Assembly: GCA_963706575.1 (NCBI GenBank) | Contig: CAVPNL010000006.1 | Span: forward strand, 896,001-960,000 | Source of the DNA: an uncultured delta proteobacterium | GTDB taxonomy: Bacteria > Desulfobacterota > Desulfobacteria > Desulfobacterales > JAHEIW01 | DNA length: 64,000 nucleotides | Direction of reading: 5' to 3' | Shown here: in pieces, positions 10,392-20,858 of the stretch | How positions within the stretch are numbered: position 1 is the stretch's first letter | Layout: each line of letters opens with the position of its first letter | Notes under the pieces: generated by a model | Told to the model about the DNA's origin: nothing | Databases searched by the model: none | Seen by the model: only the letters and a program-made list of their open reading frames with translations | Made by a program: the position numbers and the translations under genes

Positions 10392-11305
10392 TATTCTTTT
10401 TTTCCTCCAAAAATTCCTTTTGGCCGGAACAGTAAAATTAAGATCATCAGCATGAAGGCCACCGCCGGTTTGTATGTGGGCAGCAAAAAGGCCGTAGAGA
10501 CCTGTTGGGCCACCCCGATAACCAATCCCCCTACCAGAGCGCCCCACATGTTGCCGATGGTGCCCAGAATCGTTGCAGCGAAAAGCGGTATCAAAAAGTT
10601 CCAACCCATATAGGCATGCACCTGGACATCAATCCCATAAAGGATGCCGCCGGCGGCAGCCAGGGCACCGCCGATTCCCCAGGTCAAAATTATAACCCTT
10701 TCGGTGTCAATTCCGGAGACCAGCGCCAGTTCCATATTATCCGCTGTGGCGCGCATGGCTTTGCCCATTTTTGTTTTTTGCATATAGAGATGAAGCAGCG
10801 TAACCAGGCCGAACACCAGAATGAGAATCAGGACCTGATCCGGCCGGATCTTGATTCCTAAGGGAAATTGAATCGCCGGACGCAGTAGCCCCGGCCGGTA
10901 AAACAGGGAGTCCGCTCCCCAGAAAATGAGAATCAGCATTCGAATAATAAATGCAACACCAAGAGAGGACATGGCCAGCATGACGGCCCCGCTTTTATTA
11001 TTGCGCAATTTGCGATACAAAATCCGGTCCGCTGCGATGGCCAGACATCCCACGATAAACATGGATACCGGAAATGCGATCAGCATGCGCCAGCCAAAAG
11101 ACAGCGACCCGAAGGTCGTATCCGGAACACCGATCCAGGACAGCACTCCGGTCACCATAAACAGGGCAAAATAAGCCCCGGAAGACATCAAATCACCATG
11201 GGCAAAATTGGCAAAGCGGATGATGCCGAACACAAGGGTAAGGCCGATGGCACCCAATGCAATGATACTCCCGAAAACAATCCCGTAAAAAACAAGTTCC
11301 AGCAT
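10391..11305 (-). CDS. livH: Branched-chain amino acid ABC permease (LivH-like)
   Basis: ALGAIGLTLVFGIIRFANFAHG, TKMGKAMRATADN. Confidence 0.88.
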   Translation of the reverse strand: MLELVFYGIVFGSIIALGAIGLTLVFGIIRFANFAHGDLMSSGAYFALFMVTGVLSWIGVPDTTFGSLSFGWRMLIAFPVSMFIVGCLAIAADRILYRKLRNNKSGAVMLAMSSLGVAFIIRMLILIFWGADSLFYRPGLLRPAIQFPLGIKIRPDQVLILILVFGLVTLLHLYMQKTKMGKAMRATADNMELALVSGIDTERVIILTWGIGGALAAAGGILYGIDVQVHAYMGWNFLIPLFAATILGTIGNMWGALVGGLVIGVAQQVSTAFLLPTYKPAVAFMLMILILLFRPKGIFGGKKE

Positions 11306-11307
11306 CT

Positions 11308-12015
11308 TTACCCTCCAAGATAAAGGCGCCCAACCTCCTTATTGGCCAATAGCGCATCTCCACTGTCATCCAGAACGTTGCGGCCCATTGCCAGCACATA
11401 TCCGTGGTCGGCCATCTTGAGGGCCTCTCTGGCGTTTTGTTCCACAATGATCATTGAAACACCGGTTTTGTTGATATCCATTATTTTTTCAAAAATCATG
11501 TCAACCAGCTTGGGGGATAAACCCGCCGATGGTTCATCGAGTAGCAGTACCTGCGGATCCAGCATCAGCGCGCGGCCCATGGCCACCATCTGACGTTGAC
11601 CGCCTGAAAGCTGACCGGCTTTTTGTTTTTTGCGTTCTCCCAGGATCGGAAAGAGTTCATAAATCTCGTTGAGCCGTGGGCTGTAATCATCCTCTCGAAT
11701 AAAGGCCCCCATCTCCAGGTTTTCCTGGATGGTTAATGACGGAAAGACGTTGTCCACCTGAGGGACGTAGCTGACACCCCTTTTGGCCACTTTGTCGGGC
11801 TTCAGGCCGGTGATATCCTCTTCTTTAAGCCTAATTTTTCCGTTGGTCGGCTTCAGAATTCCAAAAATAGTCTTCAACAGGGTGGATTTTCCGGCGCCGT
11901 TGGGGCCAATAACAGACACAATTTGCCCTGATTTCAAACGGAGACCGACATCATAGAGGATGTTCACCTCCGTGGTATATCCTGCGGTAATATTTTCGGC
12001 TTCTAAAATAATCAT
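11308..12015 (-). CDS. livF: ABC ATP-binding protein (LivF-like)
   Basis: GPNGAGKST, LSGGQRQM, LLLDEPSAGLSP, VEQN. Confidence 0.9.
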   Translation of the reverse strand: MIILEAENITAGYTTEVNILYDVGLRLKSGQIVSVIGPNGAGKSTLLKTIFGILKPTNGKIRLKEEDITGLKPDKVAKRGVSYVPQVDNVFPSLTIQENLEMGAFIREDDYSPRLNEIYELFPILGERKKQKAGQLSGGQRQMVAMGRALMLDPQVLLLDEPSAGLSPKLVDMIFEKIMDINKTGVSMIIVEQNAREALKMADHGYVLAMGRNVLDDSGDALLANKEVGRLYLGG

Positions 12016-12773
12016 CGGTATTGCCCGCCTAAATAGGCCTCTAAAACGCGTTCATCTTTTTTAATGTCCTCAGCCTTTCCTTCAGCTAATTTTGTGCCTT
12101 CACTCATCACAATCACCGGGTCACACAGGTTCATTACCAGGTCCATGTCATGCTCAATCAAAAAGAAAGTTATCCCTTTTTCATCCCGCAGCGTCTTAAT
12201 ATTGGCGATCAGTTTGCCCATCAAAGTCGGATTTACACCGGCACCCGGTTCGTCCAAAAGGACGATCATGGGATCGGCCATCATGCTGCGCGCGATTTCC
12301 AAAAGCTTTTTTTGACCGCCGGAAAGGGAGCCGGCATAGTCATCTTTAAGCTTGATCAGCTCGACAAACTCGAGGACCTCAAGGGCTTTATCTCTCAATT
12401 CTTTTTCCTGATGACGAACCAGTGACGGCCGAAACCAGGTGTTCCATATCTGCTCTCCGATCTGGTGCTCGGGCATGATCATCAGATTCTCCAGAACTGT
12501 CATCTGAGAAAATTCACGGGTGATCTGAAAGGTCCGATAAACTTTTTTCTTAAATATCTGATGAGGCGCCAGACCTTCGATCGGTTCACCCTGGAAAAAG
12601 ATTTTACCGCGATCCGGTTTATAGTAACCGGTAATGATATTAAATAAGGTTGTTTTACCGGCGCCGTTGGGTCCAATCAGCCCGGTGATAGACCCTTCGC
12701 GCACTTCCAGGGAACAATCATTAACGGCCTTCAGACCACCAAAGCTTTTTTCCACACCTTGTATTTCAAGCAT
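12012..12773 (-). CDS. livG: ABC ATP-binding protein (LivG-like)
   Basis: [39 protein letters not shown]. Confidence 0.9.
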   Translation of the reverse strand: MLEIQGVEKSFGGLKAVNDCSLEVREGSITGLIGPNGAGKTTLFNIITGYYKPDRGKIFFQGEPIEGLAPHQIFKKKVYRTFQITREFSQMTVLENLMIMPEHQIGEQIWNTWFRPSLVRHQEKELRDKALEVLEFVELIKLKDDYAGSLSGGQKKLLEIARSMMADPMIVLLDEPGAGVNPTLMGKLIANIKTLRDEKGITFFLIEHDMDLVMNLCDPVIVMSEGTKLAEGKAEDIKKDERVLEAYLGGQYR

Positions 12774-13164
12774 AAAGCTACCTTCGGTTTAATTCATGTG
12801 TTTATGGAGCTCGCCGTTTAGGGTGTAGGGATAATAACGCTGCACTTCGCGGGCACAGGTCCGCAAGAATTTTTTCCGGTCTCCGGCCGGAAATCGAACG
12901 CATCCGCTGCTCAGGATTCGGCGTGTGGGTAACTTCTTTAAAAAAAAGAAATTCTGTCAAAGCGTATTAGCGAATAGTCTGTATGAATGTCAATTAAAAA
13001 ATGAATGGCAGTTAAATCTTTCTGATAGCCCTAATACAATATAAATATTTGATATAATGAGATTTTAATTAAATTCGGCGCACAAATCTGCTGGATAGTT
13101 ATCTAATCGGGTGACGATTTAATTCAAATTTTATATTAGCAGGATATTTTCACCGCAGGGTATG

Positions 13165-13581
<417 letters not shown>

Positions 13582-13594
13582 TTTTCCCCCTTCA

Positions 13595-13706
13595 TTTTTT
13601 GCCACGAATGACCACGAATATTTTTTGCCACGAATGACCACGAATATTTTTTGCCACGAATGACCACGAATATTTTTAGCCACGAATTGACACGAATTAT
13701 CACGGA
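13595..13706. repeat. Tandem 26-bp repeat x3 plus the left arm of an inverted repeat
   Basis: (ttttttgccacgaatgaccacgaata)x3, then ttttagccacgaattgacacgaattatcacg. Confidence 0.9.
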
Positions 13707-13816
13707 TAGATGAGCCAAAATGCGCTTTAAATTTTCCTCAAATAGATTTAATTTATTAGTGTAAATCCGTGGTCATTTGTGGCAGAAACATAAAATATCT
13801 ATGGATTCAGCAATCA

Positions 13817-14200
13817 TTATAATACCAGACGTTCGTACTCCAGCTTTTTCTTTGCAAAATTTAATATGATTGCCAAACGTTTTTGAGTTGCTTTTAAATA
13901 ATTTAATACCTGTGCTTTGTGAGCATTGGTTATTTTTTCAACAGATTTTAATTCCAAAATTATTTTTTCATCTATCAAAATGTCAGGCACATAATTTCCT
14001 ATAATCTCGCCTTCAAAGTGAACCTGAATTGGAAATTGCTGAACCGCTGGAATTTTTTCTCTTCTTAAAACCACCATCATCGCATTCTCATAAACTTTTT
14101 CCAGAAACCCGAATCCTAATTTGCCATGAACCTCCATTGCCAGGCCAATAATTTGATAGGATAAATCTTTATAAACAATTGAGTTTTTATTCGTGTGCAT
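13817..14200 (-). CDS. GxxExxY protein (PD-(D/E)xK nuclease-like)
   Basis: VHGKLGFGFLEKVYENA, PDILIDEKIILELKS, QVLNYLK, IILNF. AT-rich relative to neighbours. Confidence 0.9.
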   Translation of the reverse strand: MHTNKNSIVYKDLSYQIIGLAMEVHGKLGFGFLEKVYENAMMVVLRREKIPAVQQFPIQVHFEGEIIGNYVPDILIDEKIILELKSVEKITNAHKAQVLNYLKATQKRLAIILNFAKKKLEYERLVL

Positions 14201-14221
14201 TCGTATATTTGTATTTATTTT

Positions 14222-14253
14222 TCGTGATAATTCGTGTTAATTCGTGGCTAAAA
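14222..14253. repeat. Right inverted arm matching 13674-13705
   Basis: Reverse complement ttttagccacgaattaacacgaattatcacga is nearly identical to the left arm. Confidence 0.85.
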
Positions 14254-14308
14254 CATCAATGATAACAACCTTTATTCGATTGTAGGATTATTTTCAATCC
14301 TAATTCCA

Positions 14309-17300
14309 GTGTTTGCTCAAATGAAGCAGTTTGATAAAAAAATAAAACAAATCAGGTCGCTTTTACCGGATGTGATGATTGCCGACCGCATGGCGGCTGT
14401 TCGGGAAATCGAACTGCTGACCCGCAAAATGGCCAAACCGCTTCCGGCTGACAAACTGCGCCTAAGGCTTGAGCGGCTGGAAAAACGCCTCAAAGCATCT
14501 GAACGCAAACGCGTCGGGCGCCAGAAGAACATGCCGAAATTCAGCTACAATGATGATCTCCCGATAACCGCCAGAAAAAAGGATATCATCCGGGCGATTG
14601 AACGCCACCCGGTGGTCATTGTATCCGGTGAAACCGGCTCCGGCAAAACCACCCAGCTACCTAAATTTTGCCTGGCTGCGGGCCGAGGCATCGACGGCAT
14701 CATCGGTCACACCCAGCCCCGTAGAATTGCGGCCATGACCGTGGCGCGTCGCATTGCCGAGGAGTTCGGACAGGAAATCGGCCGGGCGGTCGGCTACAAA
14801 ATTCGCTTCAAAGACCGCACCGCAAAAAATGCCTATTTGAAGATTATGACCGACGGTATCCTGCTGGCCGAAACCCAAACCGATCGATATCTGAAAGCTT
14901 ATGATACGATTATTGTCGATGAAGCGCATGAGCGCAACCTCAACATCGATTTTATTCTGGGCATTTTACAAACCCTGCTGGATCGCAGGGACGATCTTAA
15001 GCTTGTGATCACCTCCGCCACCATCGATACCGAAAAATTTTCCAAAGCCTTTGGCGATGCCCCGGTAATTGAAGTGTCGGGGCGCATGTATCCGGTGGAT
15101 GTTCGCTATCAGCCGCCGGAACCCTCAAAAGAAGAAAACAATGATTTAACTCATGTTGAGCTGGCGGCTCAAGCTGTCAGCCGGCTCTTAAAAGAAAGCG
15201 CCCGGGGTGATATCCTGGTTTTTATGCCCACTGAGCAGGATATTAGAGATACCTGTGAATTGATTGAAGATTCCAGGCCTAAAAAATCGCGTATCCTGCC
15301 GCTTTACGCCCGGTTGACGGCCGCTGAGCAGGCGCGGGTTTTTGCGGGCTCATCTGAACGCAAGATCATTGTGGCCACCAATGTGGCCGAAACCTCCCTT
15401 ACCATTCCGGGGATCAAGTATGTGGTGGATTCCGGCCTGGCCCGAATTTTGCGATATTCACCGCGATCGCGCACCACTTCACTGCCGGTGATGCCGGTTT
15501 CCCGCAGCAGCGCCGACCAGCGCAAGGGGCGTTGCGGCCGGGTGCAAAACGGGATCTGCGTACGCCTGTTTACGGAAGATGATTATCTGAGCCGCCCTTT
15601 GTACACGCGACCTGAAATTTTACGGGCCAATCTGGCGGAAGTCATCCTGCGAATGATCGCCCTCGGGCTGGGCGATATCGTGGATTTTCCCTTTATTGAC
15701 CGGCCCGATTCAAAGAGCATTAAGGATGGTTTTGATCTGCTTTTTGAACTGGGGGCAATAAAAACCCGGCGCAAGGCACAAGGCGCAAGGCGCAAAGCCC
15801 GCAAAGATCCCGCGGAGATTAAATCAAACAAAACTGTCGAGCTTACGCAGAGGGGGCGCTTGATGGCCAAGATCCCCCTGGATCCCAGGCTTTCCAGAAT
15901 GCTGCTTGAAGCCAGGGATCGGCGCTGCATCGATCAAATTGCCGTGATTGCCGCTGCGCTCAGCATCCGGGATCCCCGCGAACGGCCGCTGGAAAAAACG
16001 GCTGAGGCCGATCGGATGCATGCGCAGTTTAACGATCCCTCATCTGATTTTACCACATTGCTAAACATCTGGAATCGCTACACCCACGTTTGGCAAACTC
16101 ATAAACGCGCCAATCAGCTCAAACGGTTTTGTCGGCAACACTTTTTGTCTTTCAACCGCATGCGAGAGTGGCGCGATATTTATCATCAGATCCGAGCCAT
16201 ACTGGAAGAATTCGGTCTGAGCGACCGGCGTCGTGCGGTTAAGGTGCAACCGCAGAATCTGAACCTGGACAGTGAAGACCCCTTGTATCAATCCATCCAC
16301 AAATCGATTCTCAGCGGTTTTCTTTCCAATATCGCCGAGAAAAAGGAAAAAAATTTTTTCCGGGCAACCCAGAACCGCGAGGTTATGGTTTTCCCGGGAT
16401 CGGGATTGTTTGACAGAGCCGGCCAATGGATGGTGGCGGCTGAAATGGTCGAAACCTCCAGATTGTTTGCCCGCACGGTCGCCAATATCGAAAGCGAATG
16501 GCTGGAGGAGCTGGCCGGGGATCTGTGCAAACGCATCTATCTGAATCCCCGTTGGAAAAGAAACCGGGGAAAGGTAATGGCCGACGAGCAGGTCAGCCTT
16601 TTTGGGTTGATCATCATTTCCCAACGATCCGTCCCCTATGGCCCGGTAAACCCGGATGAAGCCAGCGATATTTTTATTCGTGCGGCCATCATTAAAGGAG
16701 ACCTTAAAAAACCACTTGCTTTCATGGCACACAACCAGCGCTTGATCGCCGCTATCGAGGGCATCGAAAATCGCCTGCGGCGCCGCGATGTGCTAATCAG
16801 CGAAGAAGACCTTTTTGCTTTTTACAGGGAAAAGTTACCCGGCATACACAGTGTGCAAATGCTTTCAAACAAAATAAAAAAAAGAGGCGGTGACCGATTT
16901 CTACGTCTCAAAAAGCCGGATCTGATGAATTATGACCCGGATGCCGGCGAGCTCGCCCGCTATCCGCTGAGCACGAAGATTGACGGACATATGTTTGAGT
17001 ATCGCTATCACTTCGGCCCGGGCCAGGAAGATGACGGTGTGACCATTCAGGTGCCCGTTTCCATGGCGCCTGCGGTTTCCAGGGAAGCTTTTGACTGGCT
17101 GGTGCCGGGAATGTTTAAAGAAAAGATTGAAACCTTAATCAAAGGTCTTCCCAAAGTGTATCGCAAAAAACTGGTACCGGTTAACGAGACGGTTGAAATC
17201 ATCAGCCGGGAAATACCCCGTCAGAAAAACGCGATGTTTTCAGCGCTGGGCGAATTTATTTTACAGCGCTTTGGAGTCGATATCCCCGCTTCCGCCTGGC

Positions 17301-18352
17301 CGATTGAAACACTGCCGGATCATCTTAAGATGCGTATATCCGTGATCGCACCGGATGGGAAAGAACTCTGTTCTTCAAGGGAAACGGCGGTGCTCTCACA
17401 ACAAAAAATTAAAGCGACCCATACCGACGAATTCGAATCCTTTCGTCTAAAATGGGAAAAAAGCGGCATCACCCGTTGGGACTTCGGTGATCTGCCCGAG
17501 TTTATCAGCAGCCCTGAAACGGCTAAGAATAAATGGGTCGCTTATCCGGCTCTGGTAGCGGCTGACGATGACATAAAATCGGTGAGTTTGAAATTATACC
17601 GTCATCAGGACAAGGCGCTTGCAGTGCATCAGCAGGGTGTTGCCGGCCTTTATAAAATTCATTTCGCAAAAGATCTGAAAATTTTAAAAAAAGGATTGAA
17701 ATTGCCCAAAGCGCTGAGGGCAGCAGCGGTTTTTTTTAAGGGCCCGGCAAACATGGAGCAGCGGCTGCTGGACCGGATCATATCCGACCTGTTTTGCAAG
17801 AATATCCGGTCTGCGGATTCGTTTTACAGCCACGCCGAAGACGTATCTCCGATCCTTATTTCCCGTGGTCAGAATCTTTTGGATCGTTGTCTGCCTGTTT
17901 TAAAAGCCTATCACAACGTTCGCAAAGAATTCGATAAGCTTAAACGGGCAAACCTGAATAATCATGCCGTGCAAAATTTTTGCAAAGATTTAATCGCAGA
18001 TCTTGGGCGCCTGGTCCCGGAATCGTTCGTCAATCTTTACGAAATGGATCGGCTGACCCACCTGATTCGCTATATCAAATGTATGGAAATCAGGGCCCGG
18101 CGAGCCCTGTTGGATTTCGAAAAAGATCAGGCCAAGGCCAAGGATGTTAAAACCTTTAGCGATCGACTGGATAAAATGATAAAGACCCTTTCACCCAATG
18201 CGTCCAATGACAAGCGAGAGGCGCTTGAGGAATTTTTCTGGATGATCGAGGAATATAAAGTTTCCATTTTTGCCCAGGAGCTTAAAACCGCATTTCCGGT
18301 CTCTGAAAAGCGGCTGGAGAAGAAACTCGCTGAAATTAAGCGGATGATCTAA
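14309..18352 (+). CDS. hrpA: ATP-dependent RNA helicase HrpA
   Basis: GETGSGKTTQLPK, TQPRRIAA, DEAHER, TSAT, QRKGRCGR, C-terminal WMIEEYKVSIFAQEL. Confidence 0.95.
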   Translation: MFAQMKQFDKKIKQIRSLLPDVMIADRMAAVREIELLTRKMAKPLPADKLRLRLERLEKRLKASERKRVGRQKNMPKFSYNDDLPITARKKDIIRAIERHPVVIVSGETGSGKTTQLPKFCLAAGRGIDGIIGHTQPRRIAAMTVARRIAEEFGQEIGRAVGYKIRFKDRTAKNAYLKIMTDGILLAETQTDRYLKAYDTIIVDEAHERNLNIDFILGILQTLLDRRDDLKLVITSATIDTEKFSKAFGDAPVIEVSGRMYPVDVRYQPPEPSKEENNDLTHVELAAQAVSRLLKESARGDILVFMPTEQDIRDTCELIEDSRPKKSRILPLYARLTAAEQARVFAGSSERKIIVATNVAETSLTIPGIKYVVDSGLARILRYSPRSRTTSLPVMPVSRSSADQRKGRCGRVQNGICVRLFTEDDYLSRPLYTRPEILRANLAEVILRMIALGLGDIVDFPFIDRPDSKSIKDGFDLLFELGAIKTRRKAQGARRKARKDPAEIKSNKTVELTQRGRLMAKIPLDPRLSRMLLEARDRRCIDQIAVIAAALSIRDPRERPLEKTAEADRMHAQFNDPSSDFTTLLNIWNRYTHVWQTHKRANQLKRFCRQHFLSFNRMREWRDIYHQIRAILEEFGLSDRRRAVKVQPQNLNLDSEDPLYQSIHKSILSGFLSNIAEKKEKNFFRATQNREVMVFPGSGLFDRAGQWMVAAEMVETSRLFARTVANIESEWLEELAGDLCKRIYLNPRWKRNRGKVMADEQVSLFGLIIISQRSVPYGPVNPDEASDIFIRAAIIKGDLKKPLAFMAHNQRLIAAIEGIENRLRRRDVLISEEDLFAFYREKLPGIHSVQMLSNKIKKRGGDRFLRLKKPDLMNYDPDAGELARYPLSTKIDGHMFEYRYHFGPGQEDDGVTIQVPVSMAPAVSREAFDWLVPGMFKEKIETLIKGLPKVYRKKLVPVNETVEIISREIPRQKNAMFSALGEFILQRFGVDIPASAWPIETLPDHLKMRISVIAPDGKELCSSRETAVLSQQKIKATHTDEFESFRLKWEKSGITRWDFGDLPEFISSPETAKNKWVAYPALVAADDDIKSVSLKLYRHQDKALAVHQQGVAGLYKIHFAKDLKILKKGLKLPKALRAAAVFFKGPANMEQRLLDRIISDLFCKNIRSADSFYSHAEDVSPILISRGQNLLDRCLPVLKAYHNVRKEFDKLKRANLNNHAVQNFCKDLIADLGRLVPESFVNLYEMDRLTHLIRYIKCMEIRARRALLDFEKDQAKAKDVKTFSDRLDKMIKTLSPNASNDKREALEEFFWMIEEYKVSIFAQELKTAFPVSEKRLEKKLAEIKRMI

Positions 18353-18355
18353 ACT

Positions 18356-18446
18356 GATTGCGGATTGTAGATTTCGGATTTCGGATTTTAAAATGAGGTC
18401 GCTTCTTTTTTGGATAATCCGCAATCTGCATTCCGCAATCCGCAAT
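18356..18446. repeat. 7-nt-period inverted repeat cluster (TCCGCAA/TTCGGA type)
   Basis: gattgcggattgtagatttcggatttcggatt ... aatccgcaatctgcattccgcaatccgcaat, similar to 4028-4060 and 33755-33789. Confidence 0.7.
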
Positions 18447-18495
18447 AACGAAATTTAAAATTTTGGTTCCCAATTTTTAAAGTAGATAATTTTAT

Positions 18496-19332
18496 ATGGC
18501 TAAAAACCCAAAACACCCCCTAGTGAGCGTCATCATCCCAACCTACAATCGGGGCTGGGTCGTTCAGGAAGCCATTGATTCGGTTTTGGATCAGGACTTC
18601 AGTGATTATGAACTGATTGTGGTTGATGACGGATCGAACGATAACACCCGGGAAATTCTGGGAGCATACGGAAAGGCGATTACGGTTTTGCAACAGTCCA
18701 ACAGGGGCGTCAGTGCTGCAAGAAACAGGGGCATTGCTGAGGCGGCTGGACGATTGATTGCGTTTCTGGACTCAGATGATTTATGGCTGCCGCGCAAGCT
18801 TACAACCCAGGTGAAATTCTTTGAGGAAAATGCCGATGCGGTGATCAACCAGACCGAGGAAATCTGGATTCGAAGCGGCGTACGGGTAAACCCCAAAAAG
18901 AGACACCATAAGTTTTCAGGAATGATTTTTGAACGGTCCCTTGCGCTTTGCCTGGTGAGCCCCTCGGCCGTCATGATAAAAAAAAGCCTTTTTGACGCCG
19001 TAGGCGTCTTTGATGAACAGCTGCCGGCCTGTGAAGATTACGATCTGTGGCTGCGGGTCAGCTGCCGGTATCCGGTTCACCTTATGGATTCTCCTTTGAT
19101 CATCAAGCGCGGCGGTCATGATGATCAGCTTTCAAAAGCTGCCGGACTGGATAAATACCGAATTCAGTCTCTGATGAAAATAATCGATAGCGACCTGCTG
19201 ACACCGCAGCAATATGAGGCGGCAGTTATCACTTTAAAGGAAAAAAGTGAGGTTTATGCCGGCGGTTGCCGGAAGCGGGGCCGGGAAGAAGAGGCCGAAT
19301 ACTTTTCTGCACTGGCTGAAAAATACTCATGA
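18496..19332 (+). CDS. Glycosyltransferase family 2
   Basis: VSVIIPTYNR, VVDDGS, GVSAARNRG, FLDSDD, EDYDLWLR. Confidence 0.92.
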   Translation: MAKNPKHPLVSVIIPTYNRGWVVQEAIDSVLDQDFSDYELIVVDDGSNDNTREILGAYGKAITVLQQSNRGVSAARNRGIAEAAGRLIAFLDSDDLWLPRKLTTQVKFFEENADAVINQTEEIWIRSGVRVNPKKRHHKFSGMIFERSLALCLVSPSAVMIKKSLFDAVGVFDEQLPACEDYDLWLRVSCRYPVHLMDSPLIIKRGGHDDQLSKAAGLDKYRIQSLMKIIDSDLLTPQQYEAAVITLKEKSEVYAGGCRKRGREEEAEYFSALAEKYS

Positions 19333-19589
19333 AAGAAGATAAAATACAGAACACAGCCTGCAGCGGACAGAAAATAGGAAGTAGTTGAAACAGATATCGA
19401 TTATCAATTTCTGACAAAATTCTTGCATTCCCACCATCGATTTGATAGGGCTTGAGCACTTAACTTCTACGTGATTTATGGTAAATGCCTAATAATATTA
19501 TGAGATGGCAAAATTGAAAGAGGTTAAGAGAAAGCAGTCGGAAAAGGGTCAAACATAATCATAACTGGTTAACCAGCAAGGAGGTTAAG

Positions 19590-20609
19590 ATGAAAAAAGT
19601 ATTTATTTTTAGTTTAGCCGTAATCTTTGGTTTTGCCCTTGTTATGGGTTGTGCACCCGAAGAAAAGGCCAAAACTGAGGAAAAGGCCGCCGCCGAAGCG
19701 CCGGCGAAGACGACCTTTGTTACCATCGGCACCGGCGGGATTACCGGTGTTTATTATCCGACCGGTGGGGCTATTGCCAGAATCATGAACAAGAAAAAAG
19801 ACCAATACGGCATCCGCGCAACGGTTGAATCCACCGGTGGTTCGGTGTTTAACGTCAATGCCGTCATGGCCGGAGACCTGGAGTTTGGCGTCGTTCAATC
19901 CGACCGGCAGTTTCAGGCCATCAATGGCCTGGCTGAATGGGCGGATAAAGGCAAACAGGAAGATCTGCGCGCCGTTTTTACGATTCACCCTGAATCCATT
20001 ACCCTGGTAGCGGCGGTTGATGCCGGGATCGAAAGTATTCAGGATCTGAAAGGCAAACGGGTGAATATCGGCAACCCCGGCTCGGGTCAGCGTCAGAATT
20101 CGATTGACGCCCTTACGGCGGTGGGTATTGATTATACAACGGATATAACCGCAGAAAGTGTCAAGGCCGCCGAAGCACCCGGCCTGTTGCAGGACGGTAG
20201 AATCGATGCCTTTTTCTATACGGTCGGACATCCCGCCGGCAACATCAAGGAAGCGACCGCCGGTGCCAGAAAAGTGCGCATTGTCCCGATTACCGGCCCG
20301 GGGATCGATAAGCTCGTTGCCGATAATCCCTATTATGCCAAGGCGACGGTTCCCATTTCGTTTTATCCGGGTGCCGAGAATGATGCCGATGTCGAAACCT
20401 TTGGCGTCAAGGCGACCTTTGTCACCTCTGCCAAGGTACCGGAAAACGTCGTGTATGCCATTACCAAGGAAGTTTTTGATAATTTTGAAGATTTCAAAAA
20501 GCTTCATCCGGCCTATGTCGTTTTGACCAAAGCGAACATGCTCGAAGGTCAGTCCGCTCCGATTCATGCGGGTGCCGAAAAATATTATAAAGAAGCCGGA
20601 CTAAAGTAA
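19590..20609 (+). CDS. TAXI-family TRAP transporter solute-binding lipoprotein
   Basis: Lipobox-like VMGC, TIGTGGITGVYYPTGG, STGGSVFN, GNPGSG, PIHAGAEKYY. Confidence 0.92.
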   Translation: MKKVFIFSLAVIFGFALVMGCAPEEKAKTEEKAAAEAPAKTTFVTIGTGGITGVYYPTGGAIARIMNKKKDQYGIRATVESTGGSVFNVNAVMAGDLEFGVVQSDRQFQAINGLAEWADKGKQEDLRAVFTIHPESITLVAAVDAGIESIQDLKGKRVNIGNPGSGQRQNSIDALTAVGIDYTTDITAESVKAAEAPGLLQDGRIDAFFYTVGHPAGNIKEATAGARKVRIVPITGPGIDKLVADNPYYAKATVPISFYPGAENDADVETFGVKATFVTSAKVPENVVYAITKEVFDNFEDFKKLHPAYVVLTKANMLEGQSAPIHAGAEKYYKEAGLK

Positions 20610-20640
20610 GCGATACCGATATATTGTATAACCTGCCTGC

Positions 20641-20667
20641 GAGGCGGCGGCAGCCAGCCGCCGCCTC
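20641..20667 (+). terminator. GC-rich hairpin after the TAXI receptor gene (terminator or mRNA-stabilising)
   Basis: gaggcggcggc-agcca-gccgccgcctc with no clear U tail. Confidence 0.45.
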
Positions 20668-20858
20668 CAAATGTTCTCTAAGAATCTTTATCAGCAAAAT
20701 GGTTTTATCACGCTGTTTGCACACATTTTGTCTATACTAGCGCTGTGCTGAGCTGTATCCGATTTATGCTGCCGCCTCAACCTGCTGCCGTTTGTTATAT
20801 TGGGGTACCGGTCTGAAATACCGGGCGTTTTTGCCGTCAAACTCTCTTGACTGATTAG

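Noticed and set aside
13595..13706. Possible CRISPR array
   Set aside because: The 26-bp units abut with no unique spacers, and there are no cas genes.
19614..20567. Long antisense ORF (317 aa) and similar shadow ORFs across the window
   Set aside because: They lie opposite well-supported genes and have no recognisable motifs.
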